Shown piece after piece: positions 25,516-38,352 of a stretch of 64,000 nt of DNA. The notes beneath the pieces were generated by a model. The model worked only from the letters and a program-made list of their open reading frames with translations, was not told the DNA's origin and made no database searches. Source of the stretch: Callorhinchus milii (lineage: Eukaryota); assembly GCF_018977255.1 (NCBI RefSeq), contig NW_024704746.1, positions 1,116,001 to 1,180,000 on the forward strand, in the 5' to 3' direction. The position numbers were made by a program, and so were the translations under genes. Every line of letters begins with the position of its first letter. The first letter of the stretch is position 1.

Positions 25516-26264
25516 TTTGCAAGTGTTAAATAGCAATTCTTATAAAACATTCGAAACAAAGTGCTTAACAGTGCCCGAACATATTTGACTTCATGAAGGA
25601 TTTTAGAGCAAGTTCCTCTCAGATCCATGGGTAAAAAGAATAAAGTACACAGGACAGTGATTGGCTCCAATGAGGTCCTTCATGAAGGTCAGTGACATAA
25701 TCCAGTGGAGTTTTGGTGAAGCATATTTACAGAAAGTGAATTGAAAGTAACAATCCATCTGTTTAGTGCCACAGGTGAACTCTAATGTGGCAAAAGCTAC
25801 TATCTAACACAAAGTGAAATAGGAAACAGATGTCTGATGATTAATCATTTACTGCTGATGACAAGACCACACTGGTGTGACATATGTAAACACTGGCTGT
25901 ACTGGGCTATTATTATTAATCAGTGCAGGGCCTGATCCACAGACAGTTGTGAGATAGGGATTCAGTTTCCAAAAGTGAGGCATCTGTACAGCTCGTGATC
26001 ACAAGACAACTGAGTAAAATTCATATTGGACTTTAAGATTCTATTTTTAGCTCTCGGCAATAAACATAGTCCAGGCGAGGGATTTGTCAAGACAAAAAAA
26101 TAAGAGGCAAGAATAAGCCATAAATAATCCAAGCTGACATTCAACTCATGCAAAACGCATCTTTAGCAAATGTTTGTAGGATTGTTTGTTTTACTTTTAA
26201 TTGAAGAAAAAAGATGGTTGCTTCGACAACTCGTTCAATTAGGGACAGCAATTTAGACAGAGGA

Positions 26265-26360
26265 AGTTTGGGACCTATGGTCACCTCCCCTCTATATTCT
26301 GTTAAGCTCTCCGAGATGCTACTCCACGTGAAGGGCGCTATATAAATCCAAGTTGTTGTT
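26265..26360 (+). mobile_element. L2 3' tail fragment
   Basis: GAGATGCTACTCCACGTGAAGGGCGCTATATAAATCCAAGTTGTTGTT. Confidence 0.7.
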
Positions 26361-28054
26361 TTGGCCGGCAGAGTTTCAAGAGGTAAAATGATCACTTGTG
26401 CTGTACTCAATGTAAAATGAATGGCTTGCGTAAATTGGTAGGAGGTGGAGCTGGAAAGTCTGGAAACGAAAGCAGGCTGGGTGAGCGTGTGATTTTACTG
26501 CTTTGTGGGATATTGCTGCACAAATTGGCTGGTGTGTTTGCCAACTGTAATACTTCATGCTTTTATAATAGCTCCACTGCATGCTCCATCCCTGACTGGC
26601 AGACCCAGACACAATGCTGACACCTGCTTACAATGATCTTCAGTACACCCTAAGTACTGTATTAGAGTGTCAGTCTCGACTATGAACTAAACCATGAAAG
26701 AAAATGTGACTGTTTTGCTTTCATTCTTGATGCACGTTGGGCGGGGGATTAGGTTGCTGGCTGTCGGGTGGGGTGGAAAGACATTTTAAACAGGAATATG
26801 GAATTACCTTGGCTTCTCTCTAACGTCGCACTATCTTGATTTGTCTGAAATGTCATTAATATAAATGCTGATCCGCCACGATTAGACTTTAAAGAATGGC
26901 CTTACATGTGACTGCAATTAGCAGCGAGCAGGCATGTGGGAAGGTCATACATGAAAAGCTACTAAATCCAGAGCTAACTGTGCATCAAAAAACATCCATC
27001 TGTCTGTAATACTGCTTCTTAACCCGCTCGGCATTAGCCGTGAATCAAAAAAGCAATTCTGTAACTGAACACCAGACTGATGTTTAATTTATTTTGACAC
27101 TTCAGGTGCGTTTGAGAAAATCTGCCGGTCTGTTTCCAATTGCAACGTGTGCAGCACTTCAACATTTTTTTTCCTCTGGGGTGTCTGACACCAGAGTGTC
27201 GATTTAACACTTCCACTCAGCACTAGCAAGGATGGTTTGTGCACACTTCTTGTGTTTAGATTGCCAGAGAAACTAGAAATATAAAGCAGCTGCTTAACAA
27301 TCCCTCCTTTTCCTCCTCAATAAGATTATTTTTTTGGTGGGGGGAGAACTTGCATTTAATTTGGAGGAAGATTTGATGGGCTCATTTATGCATAAACTCG
27401 TGTGACTTGTTCACTGTTTAAAAGGTGGGCAAAGGAAGAGAGTGGGGGGTGGGGGGAGATTTAATTATTCATGGGTAAAATTTTCCTTAGCAGAGCTGGT
27501 TGCTTGCAGAGCGATGGGTTTATATTGATGAGATGACTGGTGCAATCTCACACGCCATGAACATCAAACACAGTTGAATTTGCAGAACTAATCATTACTG
27601 TGCATCTTTTCAAGCCATAATAAGGAGAGGCAGTCCTTGGGGTTAGACATGATCAATGCACCTCTGCCAAATGCAAGCAGAAAGGTTGAATACAGTAACC
27701 TGCGTTGTTCCCCCAGGGCACCTTTTAACACTCCTAATGATGATTATTAGCAAATGATTATACAGCAGCGCGGGTGTGCAATGTGCTAATGTAGGGCTCA
27801 GGCAGCAGAAACGTGCACCATTTTACAAGATAAGTAGAGAAACAGTCAGCATCCTGAACTGTGTGAACTTTTAAATTAAATATTAACTTGTGTTCTCTGA
27901 ACAACGTTTTACTGCCAACCTAGCACTTTGGTTGTAAATTCTTCCACACACACCCCCAGGTTCGACAGTATGGCTCACCAGCACTCAGCCTTTGATGAAG
28001 AGATTATTATGTTGATGAGGACCGCTACAGTTGGAGAGGTGCAGAAGAAACATG

Positions 28055-28720
28055 CAATTTGCCGACAAAACCCATAGTCACTTCACTTCACAGTATATTC
28101 TGTGATAAGGCGCTATATCAGATATAAGGATTATTATTATAGCCATTATCGGGTGGAAAATAGTTATCATAAGAATAATCTTTGCATTTGATATAACGTC
28201 TTATCACTTCATCTCAAAGCGTTTCACATGACATATTGCAAAGTGGATTGATCGTGTATTTTGTGGGCAAAACGTGGAGCTAAAGTGGACTGTTGTGAAC
28301 AAATAGGGTGTGCTTGGGTGTGAACTGGGTATTTTGTTTTTATTTCCATCTTCTCAGTTCCATTTAATTTATCACTTTTTGCCTATGAATAGGTGAAGCT
28401 GCAGTGTCTTGGGGCTTTCATCCTGCTGTGAGGACCACAGTGATACACCCAACCTCAGCTCCACTGCTCACCATTGCTGTTTACTTACACTCATTAACCA
28501 CTGTGTCAATTCAACTCATGCCTTCAGTAAATGCCTCCAGCAAAAAATAAAGTTATAATCTTTGAAGTTGATGTAGCGCCTTATCATGTCTTCAAGATGT
28601 CTCAAAGCGCTTCACAGGAAATATTGTAAAGTGAATTGACTGCGCATTGTATCAGTGAAACCAAATACTGTATAGTACAAAGTGTATTTTGTGGGAAACA
28701 CGTGGACATAAACTGCACCT
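28055..28720. mobile_element. Cluster of three SINE tail fragments (28055-28140 plus; 28172-28300 and 28553-28720 minus)
   Basis: Family tail motifs GGCGCTATATCAGATATAAGGATTATT and TCTCAAAGCGCTTCACAG. Confidence 0.75.
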
Positions 28721-29368
28721 TGTTGTTCAAAGTTGGGTTACCAACACACACTTAAACGTCACCAAACCCTGTGTGAATTTGTTATTTTTTTTGCAGAAGG
28801 GTTGATTTTATTTTGATTCTTATAAAAACAACTTCCTAAGCAAAACCTGTAGGGTCGGAGACAACTTGAAAACAAGTTTGTTTGTATTGCAAACTTGGCA
28901 AAAATATTATATTTGATGTGTGTGATTGGGTGGCGGGTGTGGGGGGGAAGCAAGTAAAAAAAATACTTGCATCTCTATTGCTTTTCTTGTCACTTTATAA
29001 TTTGCACTTTATTGCTTTGATCCTCGTCATCCACACTAACAAAGTGAGCTCTGAAGATGCACTAAGGTTGATTCATAGCACTACTTCCATTAAGCATCAG
29101 TAATATCCACAACACAGACACTTCCAAGATGTTTCAGCTCGGCAGTGAATTAATTGAAATGTACTTTCTGTGGCGAAATATACCACAGGCAACTACAAAA
29201 AATCAGAGGTCCATTCATTTCATGTCCTTTACAAGAAGTAAGATGAAGTGCCACCTGCTTCAAGGCTTTTATTCAAATTGCAAGGATTAAAAAGACAACT
29301 GATGTGGTGCCGGGAAGAAAGATGAAATAAATCCTCTCTTGCTGTGTTATCTCCAAGGCGTTAATTTA

Positions 29369-29386
29369 GTGTGTGTGTGTGTGTGT
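29369..29386. repeat. (GT)n microsatellite
   Basis: About 9 GT units. Confidence 0.9.
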
Positions 29387-30382
29387 AAAAAGAAACAGAA
29401 ATGAAAAGTCTGGGTCAGATTTTAATGATCATTCCTGTAACTTAGGACGATTTCAGTCGCAGAAGATCAAACAAAACTGCCGTATGTCTGCTGCATTTTG
29501 GGGTTGAATAAAGAAAAAAATATGCAATGTTACCTCCTGACCAAACAAGTTGTTGCAAAATTTGTCCTTGAGAAACTTCATCCTAGACTTTGCTTTGTAT
29601 GTTAAGTCAATGTTCTGCTCCACTTAAAGTGCAATGAATTCCCCTTCCTAAGCACTATAAACAATTTAATGTCCTAGACTTTGACCCATTTACACTGTAA
29701 TATTCTCTCATGACTTTACTCCGTTCTATATGAGCCATAAAGTCCTGACCACTGAATCATCTCTTTGTTTGAATTCCTGGAAAATATTTCATATTTAAAC
29801 ACGGCAACTGTGCTTTATTATTGATGTGTTTTCAATAAAAATGTCAAGGCTGGAGAATGAAATGCTGTAATAAACGCCTAATAAATGTGCACCGGCTTGG
29901 GTTTAATGTACTTATAAGGAAATTATACCATACCCATGTAGAGAGATCCATGCCAAATAAGCAGCATACGCACAGCCTTCCAGATACAGGCACATATCCT
30001 GAACAGGTCAAAGAGCCACACAAGGTAACCACATGACCTTATACTAGTTGTCATCTACATGCTGCATACTGCCCCCCCCCCCGCCCCATTGTAAGATAAT
30101 ATTTTTTCAATGTTCGTTTTATGAATAATGAATGACAGATGCAAACACTGTTTCGCATATCACTAATGCAAAACGTATGAGTTTGTTGTTTGGTAACTAG
30201 TGCTCTTTCTCACTCCAGTGTATTAATACTATCTGCCTGTGGTGAGGTGTGTTGGAGAGAAAGGATCGCTTTCTTTTTGCAGGACTTATCATGTTGAAAA
30301 GCTATTCACGGGCAATTACTGTCAAGTATAGTGACTGTTTTTGAAAAGCAAAAATTTGTACCAGCAAGGTACTGCATATAAG

Positions 30383-30741
30383 GGAGTCCCGTAACTCAGT
30401 GATTAAAGCACTCGCCTCGCAAGTGAGAGGACCTGGGTTTGATTCCCAGGCAGGGCAAAATTTTAGGCAAGTTTCCTTACTCCACATTCCTCTGTTTATA
30501 TAGCAGTAAGTAAGAACCCAGTTGTTAGTCAATTAGCCGATTGTTTCTAGGGGTAATAATCACTTAAAAAAATGATAAGCAAATAATAATTTAATCAATC
30601 AATCCATGACTGTTTGTGGGACACTGCTGTGTACTTTTTGCTCACAAAATATAGTCAAGTCACTTTAGTGAAGTACTTTGAGACGTTTCAATGATGTGAT
30701 AAGGCACTACATCAATGCAAGGATTATGTTTATATTATTAT
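30383..30741 (+). mobile_element. tRNA-derived SINE family A, full length
   Basis: GGAGTCCCGTAACTCAGTGATTAAAGCACTCGCCTCGCAAGTGAGAGG head; same body and tail as 14053. Confidence 0.9.
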
Positions 30742-30759
30742 GGTTGATTTAATGTGGTG

Positions 30760-31000
30760 GATTGTTGGCCAGGACACTGGGAGAATCTCTTCCCTTTTTG
30801 AATGCTCCGTCAGGGATCTTTAACATGAAGCTGAATGAAACATCTCATCCAAAGCCATAAAATGCTGTTCACATAGCAGCACTCCCCTAGTACTGCACTA
30901 AAGCATCAGCGCAGCCCATCAGCTCAACTCTCAATAAGGGCTTGACCCCACAACCTCTTGACTTATAGGCTAGAGTGCTCCCAACTGAGCCAAGCTGACA
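30760..31000 (-). mobile_element. DeuSINE 5' and Deu domain
   Basis: TTGGCCAGGACACTGGGAGAA, GGGATCTTTAAC, AACTGAGCCAAGCTGACA. Confidence 0.82.
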
Positions 31001-31072
31001 GATGTCAATCGTTTGTCACACGCCATGGAGTGTCAACTAACTCTTGTACAAGGCTGTAGTGTTATCAAGTTT

Positions 31073-31572
31073 AATAATAACAATCTTTGCATTTGATGTA
31101 GTGCCTTTCATGTCATGTCTCAAAGCGTTATGTAGGATCCACAAAATACACAGTCAATTCACTGTGTATACTCTGTGAAGCGCTTTGAGCCGTCTCAAAG
31201 GCGCTACATCAAATGCAAGGATTATTATTGTTGTTAATTGTAAAGTGCAGTGATGGTATATTTCTGTAGGAAAATGTGACAGCCAATTTGCACACAGCAA
31301 TGTCCTATAAACAGCCATAAAGCAAATAACCAATTTTATCTGAGGGGATTGTTGGCCAGGACACTGGCAGAAATTCTCTTCTATACTTCAAATAGAATAC
31401 CTGAACAGTCAGATGGGACCTCGGTTTATCATCGAATCTGAAGGATAGCACCTCCGACACTGCATTGGCATGTCATCTTAGACTAGGACTTCAAAGTAAC
31501 AACCTGGGGCTTGAACTCACAACCTTCTGACTAAGAAAATAAGACTGCCCCTAACTGAGGCAGGCTAACACC
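31073..31572 (-). mobile_element. DeuSINE with an opposed SINE A tail (31140-31233) inserted in its own tail
   Basis: Minus tail 31073-31139 resumes at TGTAAAGTGCAGTGA (31239); Deu domain and head to AACTGAGGCAGGCTAACAC. Confidence 0.82.
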
Positions 31573-32057
31573 TAACTTATTTACCTTGGAAACATGACTT
31601 AATATTGCACTAATGAATTATATGAATAAAGTTTAGCTGTTGGAATTATTTTTATCAAGTTTAGCCTTAATGTACCTGAATCATTAAATACACACAAAAT
31701 ATGTTATATTTTGATAGGGCCTCATCATGTCAAAATTTCTTTCAGGTATAGTAACTGTTAATTTTGTATTCATTCTATTCTCTTGTTACGAAACACTTCA
31801 AATAGTAAATAACCAGTGTATTGGAAAAAAAGTGAAATAAATAAATATTACTATTCAATAGTTTTCAAAATGTGAACACTTTTATGCCCAGGCTAATTTA
31901 TCAATAATGTTCTAATACTCTTTTCCTCAGTTATTGTTTTAGAATACAATGTGCAAATGCACAGAAAATGAAAGCTTTGCCTTGGGATCTATGAAAAGGT
32001 GTTTAAATGTAATTCCCATAATCTGCACGATGATGCTTCTTGCTTCTAAATAAATGC

Positions 32058-32640
32058 TGGCATTTGATATGAGCGTCAGGAGAACATCACAAAGTACTTT
32101 ACTGGATTTGCTGTAACTGATTGCATTTTATAGGCAGCCCGACAGCCAATTTGCACACAATGTCCCACAAACATACACAAAGTAAATGAATAGTTTTATC
32201 TGGGGCCAAACAGAAGTCACTGGGAACACTCAGCAGGTCAGGCAGCATCTATGGAGAAAGGAAAGTGAGTCAACGTTTCAGGTCCATAACTCTTCGTCAG
32301 AACTGTGACTTCCCAGTGACTCCTGTTTTGTTTCAGATTTCCAGCATCTGGAGTATGTTGCATTTAGTTTTATCTGGAGGTCTGTTGGCCATGACACCAA
32401 GAGAAACTCCCTTCTCTTTTCAAATAGTACCATGGGATCTTTAACTTCCAACTGAACAGGCAGACTGGGCCTCGGTTTAATGCCTCATTGTTGGCACCTC
32501 CAACAAAGCCACGCTTCCCCCAGCACTGCATTGGAGCGTGGGTGTCCCAATGTGTGAGATCAGAGTCTCAATGTGGGGTTTGAACCCACAACCTTCTGGC
32601 TCAGAGGCAAGAGTGCTACCAACTGAGCTAGGCTGCCACA
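32058..32640 (-). mobile_element. DeuSINE, near full length, interrupted by a Penelope-like element
   Basis: TTCAAATAGTACCATGGGATCTTTAAC, GGGCCTCGGTTTAA, TTGAACCCACAACCTTCTGGCTCAGAGG..GTGCTACCAACTGAGC. Confidence 0.88.
32204..32364 (+). mobile_element. Penelope-like inverted-repeat remnant with hammerhead-ribozyme motif; 13-bp TSD
   Basis: TAGTTTTATCTGG at 32191-32203 and 32365-32377; minus-strand AGTT-CTGACGA-..-GAAA-CGTT-GACT at 32268-32304; 3' tail TTTCAGATTTCCAGCATCTG. Confidence 0.75.
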
Positions 32641-33224
32641 CTAATGGGTAACTTGAGAATACAGAGCTGACTGATGGAGTTCTGTTAAATCTGTGGAACT
32701 GGCTTGAAATCGACAGGCGTTTTCTCTAAGACAAGAGCACCAGAGTTTTAATGGGGGCAGAGCGTAGGTTTACTTTGACATTCAGCCAAGGCTGTAGCAG
32801 AAAAGGAAACGCCGCTGTAGTTTTCTTTGGAGATACTTTACCGTGTCATAAGCATTCTCTTGCAGTTAAGTAAAGCTTTGCTTTCCAAAACAAATACCCG
32901 TGTCTGCTCAAAGTTCTGTCGTGCCCAGTTTCATCTCACATTCTCTCCGACAAAATGTGCAGCCGGGGATCAATAGAATGTGGAAAGTTTGTAACCAGTC
33001 AGTGAAATGCTCTTGATCCAATCAATAACAATAGCATCTCATAAGCACAGCATTACATTGATTACTTAGTACAATTTCTGTAAGTTACAGCACTGTTCAT
33101 TGTTAAATGTGACCGATCAATTCCTGATCCGTGCTGATTTCAGTGTCTCTTGTTCTCAGTGCCACTGGGCTAGGGAAGAACAAACACATCATAGGCAGCT
33201 ATGATGTGAATAGCTAATTTTAGC

Positions 33225-33455
33225 TGGTGGGAGAGATTGTTGGCCAAGACTTCAGATGAGAAACACTCATCGCCTTTCGAATTGTGCCAAGGGGGACTTT
33301 AACGCCCATCTGAACAAGTAGATGGGGCCTTGGTTTAACATCTCTTCCGAAGGACGGCACCTCCGACAATGCAACACACCCCCAGCACCGCACTTGAGCA
33401 TCAATCCGGACTGTGAGCCAGACTTCAAAACATTCAGCTTGAATCCACAACCTTC
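33225..33455 (-). mobile_element. DeuSINE Deu domain
   Basis: GGGGCCTTGGTTTAACATCTCTTCCGAAGGACGGCACCTCCGACAATGC. Confidence 0.8.
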
Positions 33456-33467
33456 GATTACACAGTA

Positions 33468-33835
33468 TTAATAATAATAGTAATAATAAGAATAGATATA
33501 GCACCTTCTCAAGTCATTGAGACTTCTCAAAGCTTCACAGAATATTTTTAAACTATATTGACTGTATATTTTGTGGGTGAAACGAGGCAGGCAATTGTGC
33601 ACAACAGTGTCCCACAAACAGTTGTAGATTGAGTGACATAATTTTTTGGGGGGAGGAGGGATTATTACCCCCAGAAAGCATTCCATCAATTTAACAACCG
33701 GATTCTTACTTAACGTTAGGTAAGCAGAGGTGTGTGGAGTAAGGAAACTTGCCTAAGGTTTAGCCCTACCCGGGATCAAACCTGGGTTCTCTTGCTTGCG
33801 AGGCAAGTGCTCTAACCAATATGCTGGAGGACTCC
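33468..33835 (-). mobile_element. tRNA-derived SINE family A, full length
   Basis: Reverse complement of the 14053 element; head GGAGTCCTCCAGCATATTGGTTAGAGCAC. Confidence 0.9.
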
Positions 33836-36309
33836 ATGAACCGGATGTAGAAGGTGTACTGCCAGCTAAACACCTCAACCTCGAGGACTGCTGCATAATC
33901 AGCAGCTGCCTCTGAGTAATGTGAAACAGTTGCTCTGAAGCAAAATTACGTCACCCGCTCAGCTTCATTGCAAATCAGAGGCAGAGATTAAAACAAAGAA
34001 AATACAGAGCAGGTAGAAAATCTTTCAGAAAGCTCCTAAATGGAGCAGCTCGGAAATCCTGGTGAGACTAATGTTTAACTTGGATTTGCTAATCAAAATA
34101 AATATTGGAGTTGCAGGAATGGGCAAGGAAATGTGCCTTTTTTTAAAAAAAACATATAAAAATGTTGAATAATTTAATTTAAAAAACTAAATCGTATAGA
34201 AAAAAACCCTTGAATGTTACTGGTAATAATAAATAAAACAGTTGCAAGTTATTTATAGTCCTACACTCCTTCAAGCTTCATGTTAGCTGTGAATACATTA
34301 TTTATTATGCTTGGAAAATAATCAGCATTTGAATACTGGCTGATTGAACCTTAATAGAAGATGAAAAAAAAATGTTTGCTTCTCCGTTTCTGGAAATGGA
34401 TTTATAATGTACTTTACCGTAGGTTTTTCTCAAAGTGGCACAGAACCTTTGAAACCCCTTACATAGCCAACAACTCCCTTTCTCCATTAACTCTTACAGC
34501 TCTTGGATTCAAACCTGAAAAAACGACAAAGTTAATTGCCCTGCATGGATTTCCAAAGCTGTTTCCTTTCAAACTCAAACAGTTAGGATTTTCTAGCACT
34601 TTAAACTCAAAGTACTTTGTTTTTTTTGAAAATGAATTACTGTTGGAAACATGGATTATTAATAATAATTTGATTATTAATAATAATTTACAACGCCTTA
34701 TAACGTCTTTGAAACATGTCAAAGCCCTTCACAGAATATACTGTAAAGTAAATTAACTGTATATTTTTTGAGCAAAATTATTAATTGCCCTAAAATCCAA
34801 CCCAAATTTCCGTTGGTTAGAAAAAAAAGGATGCTGGAATCTGTTAAAGCGAGTTATGTAAACTAGATATTAATGCTGGGGACCACAGTGCCAGTTTTCT
34901 GAACTAAGTTTAAGCAAATGTGTATGAAGAAGGCATTGCTGAGTGAGCAGTAGCTTCTGATGACACTTGTCCAACATTATATACCTTGGAACCTTTCTAA
35001 ATATATCTTGTATAATATTTCCTATTATATTTGAAACAGACACTGAGCACACACCAACACTGAACCTTGGAAGTTATTGGATGCAGAAATTTTAATGTCT
35101 TTTGGGGCCATTGCAATCACAGGCAATCTATTAAAGTGTTGTCCTTGGCATCTCAGCCCTACATGGCACTGATCTATGTTTTTTGGTCAGCCGGGTGTCT
35201 GACACATGTGGAAACCCATTACCGTGCTTAAAAGTATCAAAACCAAGCTGAGAATTCCACGCATCCCACCTACACATGGAAATCCCAGAGATAGATTATT
35301 GGAATGGAACGTGCATTCTCTCCCTGCATCCTGCTTACCTAATTCCAGAAAGTTTAGGTGCAGATTGGCAAGAGCCAAGGCTTGGGGACCCCAGAGTGTG
35401 TGTGTAACTGCTGTAGTCTAACCGCATAGCTTGTCATTGATATTGCTGCTTGGCAAGCTTTCCTGCTGCTTGTCCAGCTAAAACCACCCTATCCGTTTGG
35501 GTGTTGGCTTGCTGGGTTAACAGGAGCTGAAGGGGTTGACTCCCTACCCCCAGTGACATGGCACCACTCCTCTGACATGCCAAGAGGTGAAATCATACTG
35601 CATTGTAGCCACTGAGCTGGGTAAACCTTAGCTACATATTTTCTTTTTTCCCGCAGCATTGCCCTTCACTATACAACATCCAGGATAACTGCAATTCCCT
35701 TGGGCTGGACTACAAACAGCGGGACAACTCCAAAATAGGCTACAACAGCAAACAACATTGAAGCAGTGCAAGGCTCTGTAGAGACAAACCTCTGGTTTCC
35801 GGAGCTGTCTTTATATCAAGTTACAAGACTAGCATTCTTCACGTTGGCAGCTGTGTGGATGTGGAAGGCATGTCTGCATTGGTATTTAAGCAAATCATCC
35901 ACGGCCTGTTATGTTAGGCCATAGCTTGCGAGCTTTCTATTTGCTGAGTCCTGGAGAAATGAGATTGCCACGTTATTCATCCATCCACGACAGGAGTGGA
36001 GACCACTACATTTTCACATTAATCTGATTAACAGCTATGTCAGAAAGCCAAGCTTACAGGACACCTGTGCCAGTCAGCAACAATGTCTACAGCTGCCTAC
36101 AGCATTTTGTCTTCCAACCCGAACAGTTAGGACTTTCTAGCATTATTGACTCCAACGTCTGACCTGGAATAAACAGCTGGCTGATAGTGTTAGGATTTAT
36201 GCTTCAATTTAGCCCTTCACAAACTCTTAACTAGCTCAATAATCCTTTCCTATGAAACAATGGCTAAGCAGATGTAATGATCTTTGCTGGTCGTCCAGGC
36301 ACATCATAT

Positions 36310-36375
36310 CCCAGCGCCTTGGGAACGTCCTCCCGACGTGAAAGGCTCTTTATAAATGTAATTTTGTTGTTGTTG
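36310..36375 (+). mobile_element. Isolated L2 3' tail
   Basis: CCAGCGCCTTGGGAACGTCCTCCCGACGTGAAAGGCTCTTTATAAATGTAATTT(TGT)n. Confidence 0.85.
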
Positions 36376-36411
36376 TAGTGGACAAAACCTTTCTAAGATG
36401 AACCAACCAAT

Positions 36412-36721
36412 TATAATAATAATATAATAATCCTTACATTTGATATAGCACCTTATCATGTCTTCAAGATGTCTCAAAGTGCTTTACAGAATATACCGTG
36501 AAGTGAATTGACTGTATATTTGTGGGCGAAACATTGCAGTCGATTGCGCACAGCAGCCCCACAAACAGTCGTGGATTGAAGTGACCAATGTATTATTATT
36601 TTTTGTTTTTTAAAGAATTATTAGTAAGGAAAACTTGCCCATCGTTTCGCCCTGCTGGGAATCAAATCCAGGTCTCTCACTTGCGAGGCGAGTGCTGTAA
36701 CCACTGAACTACAAGACTTCC
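36412..36721 (-). mobile_element. tRNA-derived SINE family A with internal deletion
   Basis: Tail and head present; part of the central domain missing near 36620. Confidence 0.88.
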
Positions 36722-38235
36722 ATGAGCTGCACATTCCAGACAGTGCAAATCTAAAAGTGTGCCAGCTTAGGTTAGCAAAGGGCACCTAATAAATACAGTA
36801 TAATTGCCCCCTACAATTTTGTTAACACTAGCTAATTTGTATTTCAAACGCTTTGTGTTTAGGAACTCCAGGCGCTTGTGCTATTTTGCTCGCATTCCTT
36901 CGAGGTGTTTGCTGAATGGCCTACGTCCGTTTTTAACAAGCAGAGGAATGTCAGCCCACTGGTGATCACATTCTGAACGTATCATTGTGATTTGAAGTGA
37001 ATACAATCTCCCTGGGAATGTATCCTGATTCTCTTCTTGTGTAGAGCAGTATGAATTTATCTGGGCTAAATTTATTTTGCTCTGTTGAAAGTTACATCAG
37101 ATTATGTTTGCCACAACTTTCCTCCATCACTAAACAACCAAAACCAGTTTTATTGTAAAAAAGGGGAAGAGAGCTGTTACTTTGAGGTCCAGTTGCAGTA
37201 AATAATCTGGAATTGCTTGCACATCTTCTTCAAATTTATAACCAAAATCAACCGGCAGTTATAGGTTAAACAAGTGTCATCTTACGCTGACAGATTTGGC
37301 AAATTTGTTTGTGGATATCCACCCTATTAAAGGAGTAGATAAAGTTTTTCCAGTAAATAGAGGTTAAAGTAAAAAGTTGTCCCAATTTGGCTCTTTAATC
37401 AATTGAGTTTCAGAATTACCCCCCACCCCCACCACATCAAAGTCTGAAGAACTTTTAGGTGGGAGAGAAATAGCACTTCTGAAGTGAGAGACATGCTGTG
37501 ATGAGGTTCAGATAACTGAATGTATCTTAGATTAAAAGACTCAGTCAGCTACCTTATAAATGCGGATTGTCCAAGGCAAGTGTTAAAGCTGTCGATGAAT
37601 AATATCCACACAGAAAGTGTGTATAAGTTGCAAAGAGCAGAAGAGTTGATTTCTCGTGGCAATGTTTTGCAGTTTCTTCCTTTCTCGTTTTTCATTCTTT
37701 TCTACATTGATACTGGGCTCCCTGCCATGAAATGTCAAGAGATTTTCGTGGAGCTTATTAACATTGGCATGAATTTCTCAAAGCCTTTTTAAGATTATTC
37801 TTTCAAAACAGCCCAAACTTGGCAGAGAATGCCGCAAATGGCTCAGGGAAAGACTGCAGCCAAAACTAATGGTAGACAGGCTGTTGAAGTTTGGTTCAGG
37901 AATCTTGCTCTCTATTAGAAATTGCCAACCCCCTGAACCTATTGCCACAGAAGTGAGATAGCATTAAAATATACAAGTATTTCAGGTTGAATTACAAGGG
38001 CCCCTGTTACAGAATTCACACTTCCTTCAATTGTGTCTTCCACAAATAGATTGAATTTGCCCTCCAAATAGGTTACTTACACATCAACTAACCAAATGAA
38101 TTAGTTAGAGCTGTGGTTTAGATTTTTTTAAATTATCTAATGTTTGTGTGCCAGTCCAGTGTTGAGCGTATCACATTATCTCAAAAACTGTTCTTTGGAC
38201 AAACATGTTAACTATTTTGAAGAATAATAAATCCT

Positions 38236-38352
38236 AATAATGATAATAATAATCCTTGCATTGACATAGCACCTTATCATGTCTTTGATCAACTCAAAGC
38301 ACTTCACAGAATATACTCTAAAATTAATTAACTGCATATTTTTGTGGGCAAA
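38236..38352 (-). mobile_element. SINE A tail
   Basis: (AAT)nCCTTGCATTGACATAGCACCTTATCATG... Confidence 0.82.

Noticed and set aside
35638-35760. Strong plus-strand splice acceptor TTTTCTTTTTTCCCGCAG
   Set aside because: All three downstream frames stop within about 105 nt and no convincing donor follows.
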